Assembly: GCA_965203275.1 (NCBI GenBank)
Contig: OZ241865.1
Coordinates: forward strand, 2,400,001-2,464,000
Source: Bdellovibrionales bacterium
GTDB taxonomy: Bacteria > Bdellovibrionota > Bdellovibrionia > Bdellovibrionales > JAUICD01
DNA length: 64,000 nucleotides
Direction: 5' to 3'
The notes under the pieces were generated by a model. That model did no database searches and was not told the DNA's origin. It worked only from the letters and a program-made list of their open reading frames with translations. The stretch's first letter is position 1; the number at the start of each line of letters is the position of its first letter. The translations under genes were made by a program, and so were the position numbers. Positions 55,470-64,000 of this stretch are shown here, piece by piece.

Positions 55470-56651
55470 TCACTTTGAATGAGATAAAAGAAGTTGGTAG
55501 GCAAGAACAAGTCTGACTTGATCTCGCTGTGTCAATGTAAAGGGGCTTTCATAATAAATAGAGAACGTGCTTTGTTTGTGCTGGATCAAAGCACCTAAAG
55601 TTACTTTTTGTTGAGATGACATTGAAATAATATTATGATCTATATAAAGCTGATTCCATCTGACAAAAAGTGATGAAGAACCAATAAAAGGATACTCTAA
55701 GTCAACATGCCATGAAGATATAAATGCCTTATTTTGATCGATGAAAAGTTCTCCAAAATGAAATTCTGTTTTAATGACAAATTGAGGAATTTCAAGCTCC
55801 ATATAAATATTTCCAAGTTGAAGGGCATAGTTAGGCCAAATCTCTTGTTGAGTTCTAGATTTACCTATAATAGCAGATAGTCCTACATCTATAACATGGG
55901 ATCCCTTCCAACCCCCTTTAGCTCTCCACCAGAGTGTATCCAATGAGGTCGGTGTAGATAAGTTATGCCTTTGAAAATATCCATTATGCACAGCAGCCTC
56001 CACATAAAATCCATGATAGTTTATTAAATAAGATAATCCTAAATCATAGTGTGGGATCAGTGGAAATAAAAGAGAACGAGGTAGGCGAAGCTGAGAATCT
56101 CTCACCCCACCTTCTAAGCCATAAGATAAGGGGATTTGCCCTATCCTCAGCCGACCATAAGCAGACCAATCAGCCTGAATAAAAAAAGATTGCAATCCAT
56201 AATCTTTTTGAGAGAGATTTTTTGAAAGAATATTCTTTAAAAAAGGCCTATCTTCTGCAAATAAGATATGAGTAGAGTAGTTAGATTTTTCTAATGATAA
56301 ATAAGCAGAGGAAGGGAATAATTGGAACTGATTGAATTGACCTTCAAAAGCAAAACCTGGTTGTAAAAAGATTTCACCTGTTAAAATAGCTTTATCTTTT
56401 TGAGGCTTTTGTTCTGCTTTTAAGTCACCTGCTTTTAAGTCAATAGGTTGCTTGTCGAATTTAATACCTGCATATACGACTTGTGGAATAAGAAGCATTA
56501 TTGCTAAACTGCTTGAAATGGTTTTCAAATTTGTAGCTACATGATCATAAAAGCAAAGAATAAAATCACTTAGTTTCTCCATACTATAACACCCCCCTAT
56601 TGTTTCATAACAATAAAGGTCATTAGAGTCAAATATCTTTTTTAATACCAT
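55470..56651 (-). CDS. Probable outer-membrane porin-like protein (true start probably ~56582)
   Basis: LRIGQ..L.YGLEG and DLG motifs with amphipathic beta-strands. Confidence 0.5.
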   Translation of the reverse strand: MVLKKIFDSNDLYCYETIGGCYSMEKLSDFILCFYDHVATNLKTISSSLAIMLLIPQVVYAGIKFDKQPIDLKAGDLKAEQKPQKDKAILTGEIFLQPGFAFEGQFNQFQLFPSSAYLSLEKSNYSTHILFAEDRPFLKNILSKNLSQKDYGLQSFFIQADWSAYGRLRIGQIPLSYGLEGGVRDSQLRLPRSLLFPLIPHYDLGLSYLINYHGFYVEAAVHNGYFQRHNLSTPTSLDTLWWRAKGGWKGSHVIDVGLSAIIGKSRTQQEIWPNYALQLGNIYMELEIPQFVIKTEFHFGELFIDQNKAFISSWHVDLEYPFIGSSSLFVRWNQLYIDHNIISMSSQQKVTLGALIQHKQSTFSIYYESPFTLTQRDQVRLVLAYQLLLSHSK

Positions 56652-56745
56652 CAGTAGAAGAGTCTGTCAATTGAAAGACGCCACATCAAAGCTAAGATGA
56701 CAATACATAAAACTATTGCCTTGCAAAATAAAGTAATTGAAAAAA

Positions 56746-58269
56746 TTATTGTTTTTTTACATACATTAAAGGAGTAAAATCACCATTGAGAGAAGGCTTG
56801 TAATTTAAAATTCTTTTATGCACAATAGCCACATCTGTAGGATACCATAGAGGAATGATGGGTAAATCTTTCATAACAAGCTCTTGCACTTTATGATATA
56901 TTGACTTTCTTTTTTCAAGTGACTCTGTTTGAGCAGCTTGTTCTACAAGTCTATCAAGTTCTGTATTTTTATAAAAGCCTCTATTTCTTCCTTTAGGAGG
57001 TATTTCTAAGGAGTGCAGTGCCATTTTGTAGAGGTCAGGAGCCATCACACCCACCCATGTCATAATAGCCATCTGAAAGCGACCTGCTTGAATATCTCCA
57101 TAATAAGTAGCCCACTCAAAACTTTGCATTTGCACATTGAGTCCTGCCTTACGTAGCTGATTGACAATCACTTTTCCTACCTCTACTGAAGTAGGATTAT
57201 TAGAAGTTTTAAGCAGGAGAGGTTTAGGCAGTTCAACTTGACTTAAAACCTTTTGAGATGTTTTTAAGTTATATTCTAAAAGATGAAGCCTTTTATGAAA
57301 AAAAGGATGACTTGGAGTTAAAAGAGATGTGGCAAGGCTAGCTAACCCTGAAAGCTTAAATTGAATAATTTCTTTTCTATTAAAGCCACTTGCAATAGCT
57401 TTCCTCACAGATAGGTCAGATAAGAGAGGATCTTTTAAGTTTAAAAGAATATAGCTCATTTTTAGGCTAGGGTACTTAAAAACTTGAAATTTTTTATTGT
57501 TTTCAAATTGTTTTACTCTGTGAAAAGGTATTCCTGATGGGACAATGTCTAGTTCTTCTTTTAAAGTTTTAAAATAGAGTGTGTTGTCATTTTTAATAAT
57601 TTTGAAAACAACTTCCTTTATTTGAGGGGTGACAATAGGGTGTTGTTCCCTAGCTTTTAATATGATCTCATGGGTAGATTGTTTCTCTAATATAAAAGGC
57701 CCACTGCCTATAATATGTCTATGAAAATGATCTTTGTGCTGAGTGACAATAGCTTGAGGTAAGATCTTTACTACAGATAAATCGGCAAAAAAAGACAAAG
57801 GAGGACGATATTGAGAAAGCACTAACTGAACTTGCAGGCGGCCTTGAACAGTTTCTACTTTGAATTCCTTAATAAAACTTAAACTGCTCTTAAAAGGTCC
57901 TTGAGTGGTGTATTGTTTAAATGTAAAGAGTATATCTTCTTTTGTAATAGGGCGACCATTTGAAAAAGTCAAATTTTTATGTAAGTCAAATGTGTAAGTT
58001 AGATTATTGTAACTCCAACTTTGGGCAGCATCTCCTACAGCTTCTAAATTTGGGCCAATTTTTACTAGAGAATTAAAAATTAAATGAGATATATATTGTC
58101 CGTTTGCATCAGTGGCAAAACGTGGGTCAAGAGTTTGAGGTTGACTTGTAATAGCTACTTGCAGGCTATTTGATAAATTTTTTTGATTTGTGCAAGCTAC
58201 GGAACACACCCAGAAAACTGCACACTTCATTAAAACGAAATACAAATTTAGATTTTTAAAATACATCAC
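56746..58269 (-). CDS. ABC transporter peptide-binding protein (family 5)
   Basis: PQTLDPR, FSNG.PIT..D..FT, IGSGPF, VRKAIA, DLPIIPLW. Confidence 0.9.
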   Translation of the reverse strand: MMYFKNLNLYFVLMKCAVFWVCSVACTNQKNLSNSLQVAITSQPQTLDPRFATDANGQYISHLIFNSLVKIGPNLEAVGDAAQSWSYNNLTYTFDLHKNLTFSNGRPITKEDILFTFKQYTTQGPFKSSLSFIKEFKVETVQGRLQVQLVLSQYRPPLSFFADLSVVKILPQAIVTQHKDHFHRHIIGSGPFILEKQSTHEIILKAREQHPIVTPQIKEVVFKIIKNDNTLYFKTLKEELDIVPSGIPFHRVKQFENNKKFQVFKYPSLKMSYILLNLKDPLLSDLSVRKAIASGFNRKEIIQFKLSGLASLATSLLTPSHPFFHKRLHLLEYNLKTSQKVLSQVELPKPLLLKTSNNPTSVEVGKVIVNQLRKAGLNVQMQSFEWATYYGDIQAGRFQMAIMTWVGVMAPDLYKMALHSLEIPPKGRNRGFYKNTELDRLVEQAAQTESLEKRKSIYHKVQELVMKDLPIIPLWYPTDVAIVHKRILNYKPSLNGDFTPLMYVKKQ

Positions 58270-58272
58270 GGA

Positions 58273-58917
58273 TCAGTTGTTTATAATTTCTAAAGAGTTA
58301 TTATCATAAGCATTTGAAGGAAGATCAATAAACCAAGCAAGACCTAAAGTGATATAAGGGGCTTTGATTTTAAATGAATGTTCAAATGAGAAGACGGCAT
58401 ATCCTAATTCTGCCCTTACAGCAAGCTGAGATGAGAATTTATAGCCCAGGGCAGATCCTGCTTGAAAGCCTCCTAAAAATTGAGAGTCGTATAATTTTAA
58501 AACATTTTTAATGCGTTGATCAAAAACAACCACTTGTATAAGGTTGAGTCCTACCAAAATATCTGCAAAAAATCCTCTATAAGTGTCTGTCAGACGAGCA
58601 ATTCTTTGTTTGACTAAAAGAGATAATGCAGAAGCTTGTACCCATCTATTGCCAATTTTACTTACATAACCTTGAGATCTTAAGCCTATGCTAGTATGTC
58701 CAAAGCCTGTATCAATCAGATCATAAAGCATATTAATATGACTGACCCAGGGCAGAGATGTACTTTCATCTTTGTCTTCTCCTACATCTTTTATACTCTT
58801 TTTAAAAGCAGGCCCTAAATGAAATGAAAGCTCTACAGATGCATACGTTTTAGTTGCGTTAGTTACAGAATTTAAAATGAATAACATCATTATAAGATGA
58901 ATTAAATTTTTTATCAT
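58273..58917 (-). CDS. Exported protein, probable small beta-barrel
   Basis: Signal peptide; LGYKF..LAVRAELGY and ITLGLAWF strands. Confidence 0.5.
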   Translation of the reverse strand: MIKNLIHLIMMLFILNSVTNATKTYASVELSFHLGPAFKKSIKDVGEDKDESTSLPWVSHINMLYDLIDTGFGHTSIGLRSQGYVSKIGNRWVQASALSLLVKQRIARLTDTYRGFFADILVGLNLIQVVVFDQRIKNVLKLYDSQFLGGFQAGSALGYKFSSQLAVRAELGYAVFSFEHSFKIKAPYITLGLAWFIDLPSNAYDNNSLEIINN

Positions 58918-58996
58918 AATACCCTTCTTATTTTTTGAAAAGATTTAGGGTGTACCTTTAATGGTGATTCATTTAAAAAATAAAAAATTAATGGAA

Positions 58997-60337
58997 CTAT
59001 ATCCAACTAAAAAACTTACCTAAAATAATGAGTATTATAGATATAGGAGCTACAATGCGCAAGATCCATAAAAAGACATCTCTTGCATAATAGCGGGGGG
59101 TGATCTGTTCTAAGAGTTCTTTAGAAGCAGATGCTCTCCATCCTATAAATAAAGCAATAACCAATCCACCTAATGGCAATAACCAGTTAGAGGTTGTATC
59201 AAAGAAATCAAAAAAAGTTAAACCAAATATTTTGAATTCTGAAAGATGGTTAAAGGATAAAGCACATAAAATGCCTGTAAGAAAGACCACTGCACTTGTC
59301 ATCAATGTAGCTTTTTGACGTGAGATATGATATTTTTCATTAAGAGCAGCTACAGGCACTTCTAAGAGAGAAACAGCTGAGGTGATAGCAGCAAATGCGA
59401 CCAATAAAAAGAAAGCTATTGAAAGTAAGCCTCCTCCAGTCATTTGTATAAACAATGAAGGCAAAGTACTAAAGATCAAAGATGGACCTGCTCCTGGTTC
59501 TAAACCAAAAGAAAACACCACAGAAAAAATCACAATACCAGCAATAATGGCTATTAGAGTATCTAAAATAGATATAGTGATTGCTAATTTAGGGAGAGTT
59601 TCTTTAGTAGAGAGGTAACTACCGTAAGTCATTATAGCTCCCATACCAAGACTCAATGTAAAAAAGGAATGTCCGATAGCACTTAAAACAGATGTCCAAG
59701 TGAGTTGCTCCCAATGAGGTACAAATAAAAAAGTCATAGTTTGACCAAACCCATCAAGAGTCAAAGCTTTAAATAAGAGTAACAATAAAAGACCCATTAG
59801 AGTAGGCATTAAAATTTTGTTCCATTTCTCTAAGCCCTTTTTAACACCTTTGTAGACAATGAAAGTGACTATCCCCATAAAAATAGCATGCCAAAAAATT
59901 TGTCTTGTACTACTTGCTAAAAGGTCACTTAAAAGCCCTTCAATTTCTGTAGTAGATAAGCCAGAAAAGCTCCCCATTAAGGATTTAAACTCAAAATCTA
60001 AAACCCAGCCACCGACAACACTATAGAAAGACAAAATAATTACAGATGTAAAACCCATCCATCCACACAATTGCCATGGGCTGTTTTTCCCTTCTACTTT
60101 ATTGAAAGCATTCAATACACTGGATTGAGATTTTTGACCTATGAAGAGTTCTGCCATAAAAATAGGAATAGCGATCACAGCGATGCAAGCTAGATAAACT
60201 AGTACAAAAGCTCCACCACCGCTTTCTCCTGCCATATATGGGAACTTCCATATATTACCCAATCCAATCGCAGAACCTGCTGCTGCTAAAACAAAACTAA
60301 CCCGACTAGACCAAGATTCTCTTTTTTTATATCCCAT
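58997..60337 (-). CDS. Sodium-dependent transporter (NSS/SNF family)
   Basis: RESWSSR..FVLAAAGSAIGLGNIWKFPY, GGGAF, FFTLSLG. Start set at ATG 60337 after GGGAGG. Confidence 0.95.
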   Translation of the reverse strand: MGYKKRESWSSRVSFVLAAAGSAIGLGNIWKFPYMAGESGGGAFVLVYLACIAVIAIPIFMAELFIGQKSQSSVLNAFNKVEGKNSPWQLCGWMGFTSVIILSFYSVVGGWVLDFEFKSLMGSFSGLSTTEIEGLLSDLLASSTRQIFWHAIFMGIVTFIVYKGVKKGLEKWNKILMPTLMGLLLLLLFKALTLDGFGQTMTFLFVPHWEQLTWTSVLSAIGHSFFTLSLGMGAIMTYGSYLSTKETLPKLAITISILDTLIAIIAGIVIFSVVFSFGLEPGAGPSLIFSTLPSLFIQMTGGGLLSIAFFLLVAFAAITSAVSLLEVPVAALNEKYHISRQKATLMTSAVVFLTGILCALSFNHLSEFKIFGLTFFDFFDTTSNWLLPLGGLVIALFIGWRASASKELLEQITPRYYARDVFLWILRIVAPISIILIILGKFFSWI

Positions 60338-60479
60338 GATGACCTCCCTTTTAGTGTCTATAGTATTGTAATGATTATGTGATGATCTTATAACTATTGG
60401 TTTAAATAATATATAACACCTCGCATAAAGTCTGTATATTAGATAAATTTTATAATATATATAATTGTAATATATGCTT

Positions 60480-61037
60480 TTTTCACTCAAAATAAATCAT
60501 GCCTCTGGCATGTTTTCTGGCAGTTAGCCCGACGGCTACCGCCGTCATCAAAGGCTAACTGCCTAGAAAATCCATTTATTTTGAGTAGAGGAGGATCCTT
60601 TTATTCCTCTACACTATGTTAAGGAAAAAGTGTTTTTATTGTCTTAGGAGCAAGCGGGTTTACAAATGAGGAACTTTTTCCTTAACATTGTGTTTATCCG
60701 AGATCTGGGATCTGGGATCCGGCATCTAAATGAACTTTTTCCTTAACATGCAGTAAAAAAATGAAGAGATCCTTCTTCCTAAAATTGAACAAGCTTTTGA
60801 GGTAGCCAGCCTTTGATCGACGGCGATAGCCTTCGGGCTGGTTGTCCATTACCATTCGCATCCAGATTTTTTATTTGTAAGCACAGAATTTCAAAGCCAA
60901 ATGAGTAAAAAGTGATAAAAACTAATGATATAAATGGGAAAGAGTCTGGTCTCAGGGCAATGATTTTGAAATTTAAGAAATAAATTGAAGATCCAGCTCA
61001 AAAGTGACCAGAGGTCAGTTTACTTTTAGTGAAACAG
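60480..61037. repeat. Cluster 6 of structured repeat family (2 units, one with the ~160-bp insertion)
   Basis: Units at ~60481-60628 and 60737-61036; GGATC-rich module at ~60697-60728. Confidence 0.9.
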
Positions 61038-61287
61038 ATAAAAGGCTCAACAATATATACAACAAAAATTATATATTTAGGATGTTATGCAGTGAGTTTC
61101 TGACCGATCTCCTCAAAGTTGACCTTTCAATTCTCTGAAAGAGGCTTGATCTGGTGAATGCATGAAATTAGAGATCATAGATTCAAAGAAAGGAAACTTT
61201 GAGGGAAACAGTTCACGTATCTCTGAAAGAGGTACGTACGGGTAGATGAAGATCAACGAAGTTAGATAATAAAAGGCTCAAATATCA

Positions 61288-61821
61288 ATGATGGATTTTA
61301 AATTAGAAAAACTTTTTTGGATTGATCTTGAAATGACAGGTTTAGATCCTGAAAGAGAAGTGATCATTGAGGTGGCAGCTATTATTACAGATTTGCAATT
61401 TAAAGAGCTGGATCAATATCATACTGTTGTGAAACAGCCTCAGATATTTTTAGATCAAATGGACCATTGGAATAAAAAAACACATACAGATACAGGCTTA
61501 ATTGATAAAGTGGTGCAGGGCAGGCAACCTAATAAAGTCGAAGATGATCTTATTCAACTTTGCCGTAAGCATTTTAACCCTAAAGAGGTTATTATTGCAG
61601 GCAATTCCATTCATCAAGATAGATTGTTTTTAAATAAATACTTTCCTCAATTCAGTGATATGTTAAATTATCGTATGTTAGATGTTTCTGCTTGGAAGAT
61701 TGTCTTTTATAGTAAATTTAAACAGGCATTTGAAAAGCAAAATAAGCATCAAGCATTAGATGATATTAGAGAGAGCATCAAAGAACTGAAATTTTATACA
61801 GACTTCGTTTCAAAAACTTAA
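61288..61821 (+). CDS. orn: Oligoribonuclease
   Basis: WIDLEMTGLD, GNSIHQDR.FL, YR.LDVS, HQALDDIRESI.EL.FY. Confidence 0.96.
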   Translation: MMDFKLEKLFWIDLEMTGLDPEREVIIEVAAIITDLQFKELDQYHTVVKQPQIFLDQMDHWNKKTHTDTGLIDKVVQGRQPNKVEDDLIQLCRKHFNPKEVIIAGNSIHQDRLFLNKYFPQFSDMLNYRMLDVSAWKIVFYSKFKQAFEKQNKHQALDDIRESIKELKFYTDFVSKT

Positions 61822-61894
61822 ATTGTATTATAATACTGTCAGTCAAGAGGATATTTTATTTTTCCCAGACCATCAAACAAGCGGATCAAACGGC

Positions 61895-62465
61895 AGTCGG
61901 GCAATCCAGCATCAGGTATCAGAAGGAACTCCCCAACCCCACCCGCCACCCTTTGATTCTGCTTTTCTATTTTGTTTTTATTTGAGGATAGGACAGTGGG
62001 AGCCTTCCGAAGTCCTCAATTGAGCTTGCTTTTAAGGAGCAAGCTCAATTTGCGGAAGATCTTCAGTCTCCCACTGCCCCATCCTTCTCCCTAATTACTT
62101 CTTTTTTGAAAGTTACGCAGAATCTAAAAAAGAATAAAAAAACAAAAAAACGAAATTCTTTTTCCTTAACATCGTGTCAAAAGAGGAAAGGATCCTCCCC
62201 TACTCAAAATAAATGGATTTTCTAGGCAGTTAGCCTTTGATCGACGACGATAGTCGTCGGGCTAACTGCCAGAAAACATGCCAGAGGCATGATGCATTTT
62301 GAGTGAAATGTTAAGGAAACAAGATATTTATATTTATATTTATATTTATATTTATTTCACTCCCGGGATCCGGGATCAGGCAATCTGGCATCCCGGGATC
62401 TGGGACCTGATGCCGGGTTGCCGGATCCCAGATCCCGGATAGATACAATGTTAGGGAAACAAGGT
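61895..62465. repeat. Cluster 7: accessory modules, one complete unit (62161-62320), (TATTTA)5 microsatellite and GGATCC-rich hairpin
   Basis: Modules match 50880-51100 and 5285-5390; microsatellite at 62325-62354. Confidence 0.88.
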
Positions 62466-62495
62466 ATTTGTTTCTCTGTATTTTTTAAAAAATGA

Positions 62496-62716
62496 GAGGA
62501 ATTGGGTTTGAAAATTGGTGCAAACACTTGTAGCAATACTGCACCAACAACTAATACGTGTACACCAAACCTTGGTGGAGTCAATAATAGCAATTTAACA
62601 TCGGTGACATTTACAATCGGTGCAATAGGCAATATTATATTGGTGGCAGTCGTTATGACGAATGGACCATGAGTGATGCCAAGGTATTAGCAAACGAGGC
62701 CAATGGTGTTGATTAA
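62496..62716 (+). pseudogene. Frameshifted type IV pilin 3' fragment (copy 3)
   Basis: Removing the duplicated ATATT (62632-62641) restores ...CSNTAPTTNTC...TFTIGAIGNIGGSRYDEWTMSDAKVLANEANGVD*. Confidence 0.65.
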
Positions 62717-62805
62717 TCACATAATCCTTAATTTTTTAAAGTTTAAGCATGATAGAGCATAAAGGCCGCTTGCTACGGCCCGTATATTCTTATTAAATAG
62801 ATAGT

Positions 62806-63375
62806 TATTGTGTCGCCTCTCTTAAGAGTCTTTTCACATCTTCTGAAAGTACTTCCTCTCATAGTCTAAGATACTCGATCCTTCAATGTCTTCATCAACA
62901 GCTCCGCCGCTAGCAATGCCCTTACAACCTCTATATGTCCTTCAAAACTAGCAATCATTAAAGCCGTGTAGCCAAAACCACTGTCTTGAGGATTGACGTC
63001 CGCACCATTTTCTAGCAATAACCTTACAATATCTATATGGCCTTCAGAACTAGCATAATATAAAGCCGTCTTGCCTATGTTGTTTTGAAGATTGACGTTA
63101 GCTCCGGCTACCAGCAATGCCCTTACAATCTCTATATGACCATATTGGCTTGCTAACATTAAAGCCGTATAGCCATTACTACTTTGATAATTGACGTTAG
63201 CACCACTTTCTAGCAAATTCCTTATATCCTCTATATCGCCCCCTTTAACAGCTTCTATTAAATCCGCATGGATATTTAGAGGTTCATATTGAGGATGAAA
63301 AAGTTGTGTTCCTTCAACATTTTGACATACAACCAGGGACAAAAATAAAAATATAGATAAAAATATATTTCTCAT
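62806..63375 (-). pseudogene. Chimeric secreted ankyrin-repeat gene with frameshifted 3' end
   Basis: The ORF stops at 62866 after small indels near 62855-62910; the family C-cap (SEDVKRLLREATQ*) is still present out of frame. Confidence 0.75.
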
Positions 63376-63619
63376 TATTTGATACTCCTTTTAAATTGGT
63401 CTAAATTTCTTTTCTAATGTCATTATAATTAAATTCATTGAGACTCTTGTCCATTTGTTAAGTAGAACCAGAAATTTTCTATCTCTAATTTCGTACATCC
63501 AGTACATCCATCCAGATCAAGCCTCTTTCAGAGATATGCAAAGTCAATAAACTCAAAGCTAACAACGTCTTCAGAGGCAAGTTTCAATAATTAATCACTG
63601 AAACCTGCCCCTTGAGTTT

Positions 63620-64000
63620 GAGAGGCTAACTGTAAGCCGGATTCTGTCCATCAAAAGCCGACGTTATAACTCTTACTTTTGACTGTGTATTTATTCATCT
63701 AGGGGCTACATTACTACAACCCTCAAGTCACAGCATACTTAAGCAAGTGACAGGAGCGATCAACCCGAAAGCTTTATGCTGGCTACATTTTTTATGCTTT
63801 CCTATTTGATCTTGCTTCACACAGAGTTTAGCTGATTTCACTACAGCAACTGGCTTTAAACCAGATCTGTACATACTTTCTGTTCCACTTGTCCTCACCT
63901 TGCGGTGGAAGGGCGTTACCCCCTGTGTTGCCATACGAAGTCCGGACTTTCCTCTTGATTTCATGATCTTAAAACCACTCAACCGACCACTCAACCAAGC
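63620..64000 (-). ncRNA. rnpB: RNase P RNA (5' end just beyond the window)
   Basis: The minus strand carries the universal GAGGAAAGTCCGGAC (~63941-63955) and 3' ACAGAATCCGGCTTA (~63633-63647) motifs. Confidence 0.92.

Noticed and set aside
60338..60490. 51-aa N-terminal extension of the NSS transporter in the ORF track
   Set aside because: It starts inside repeat cluster 6; the family N-terminus and RBS indicate ATG 60337.
63728..63994. 88-aa ORF
   Set aside because: It lies within the RNase P RNA gene.

Overview
AT-rich bacterial chromosome segment. Gene content (CarD, PilQ secretin, AmgK/MurU, homodimeric AceE, many exported proteins, a Bdellovibrio-like pilin tail) suggests Bdellovibrionota. 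The expanded secreted ankyrin proteins hint at a host-associated lifestyle; both points are inference. Housekeeping genes (surA, coaC, ribB, carD, thiBPQ-like ABC, cdsA, rpmE, atpDC, pyrC, htpX, sco-coxB, ldcA, gyrB, pilQ, grxD/bolA, lipB, aceE, orn, rnpB) are mostly detached from their usual operons. The most notable unexplained structures are: (1) seven intergenic clusters of a ~150-nt repeat whose stems vary between copies through compensatory changes, with strand-specific c(GNNA)g loops; (2) four tandem coiled-coil genes forming a one-heptad length ladder, each with an A9 slippery run whose -1 frame adds a hydrophobic tail; (3) a shuffled set of secreted ankyrin cassettes carrying a frameshifted type IV pilin 3' fragment; (4) two unrelated small genes inside near-identical 5' and 3' flanks; (5) a C12 tract that puts the likely start of an 816-aa gene out of frame. 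No CRISPR array, tRNA, rRNA, transposase or reverse transcriptase was seen.
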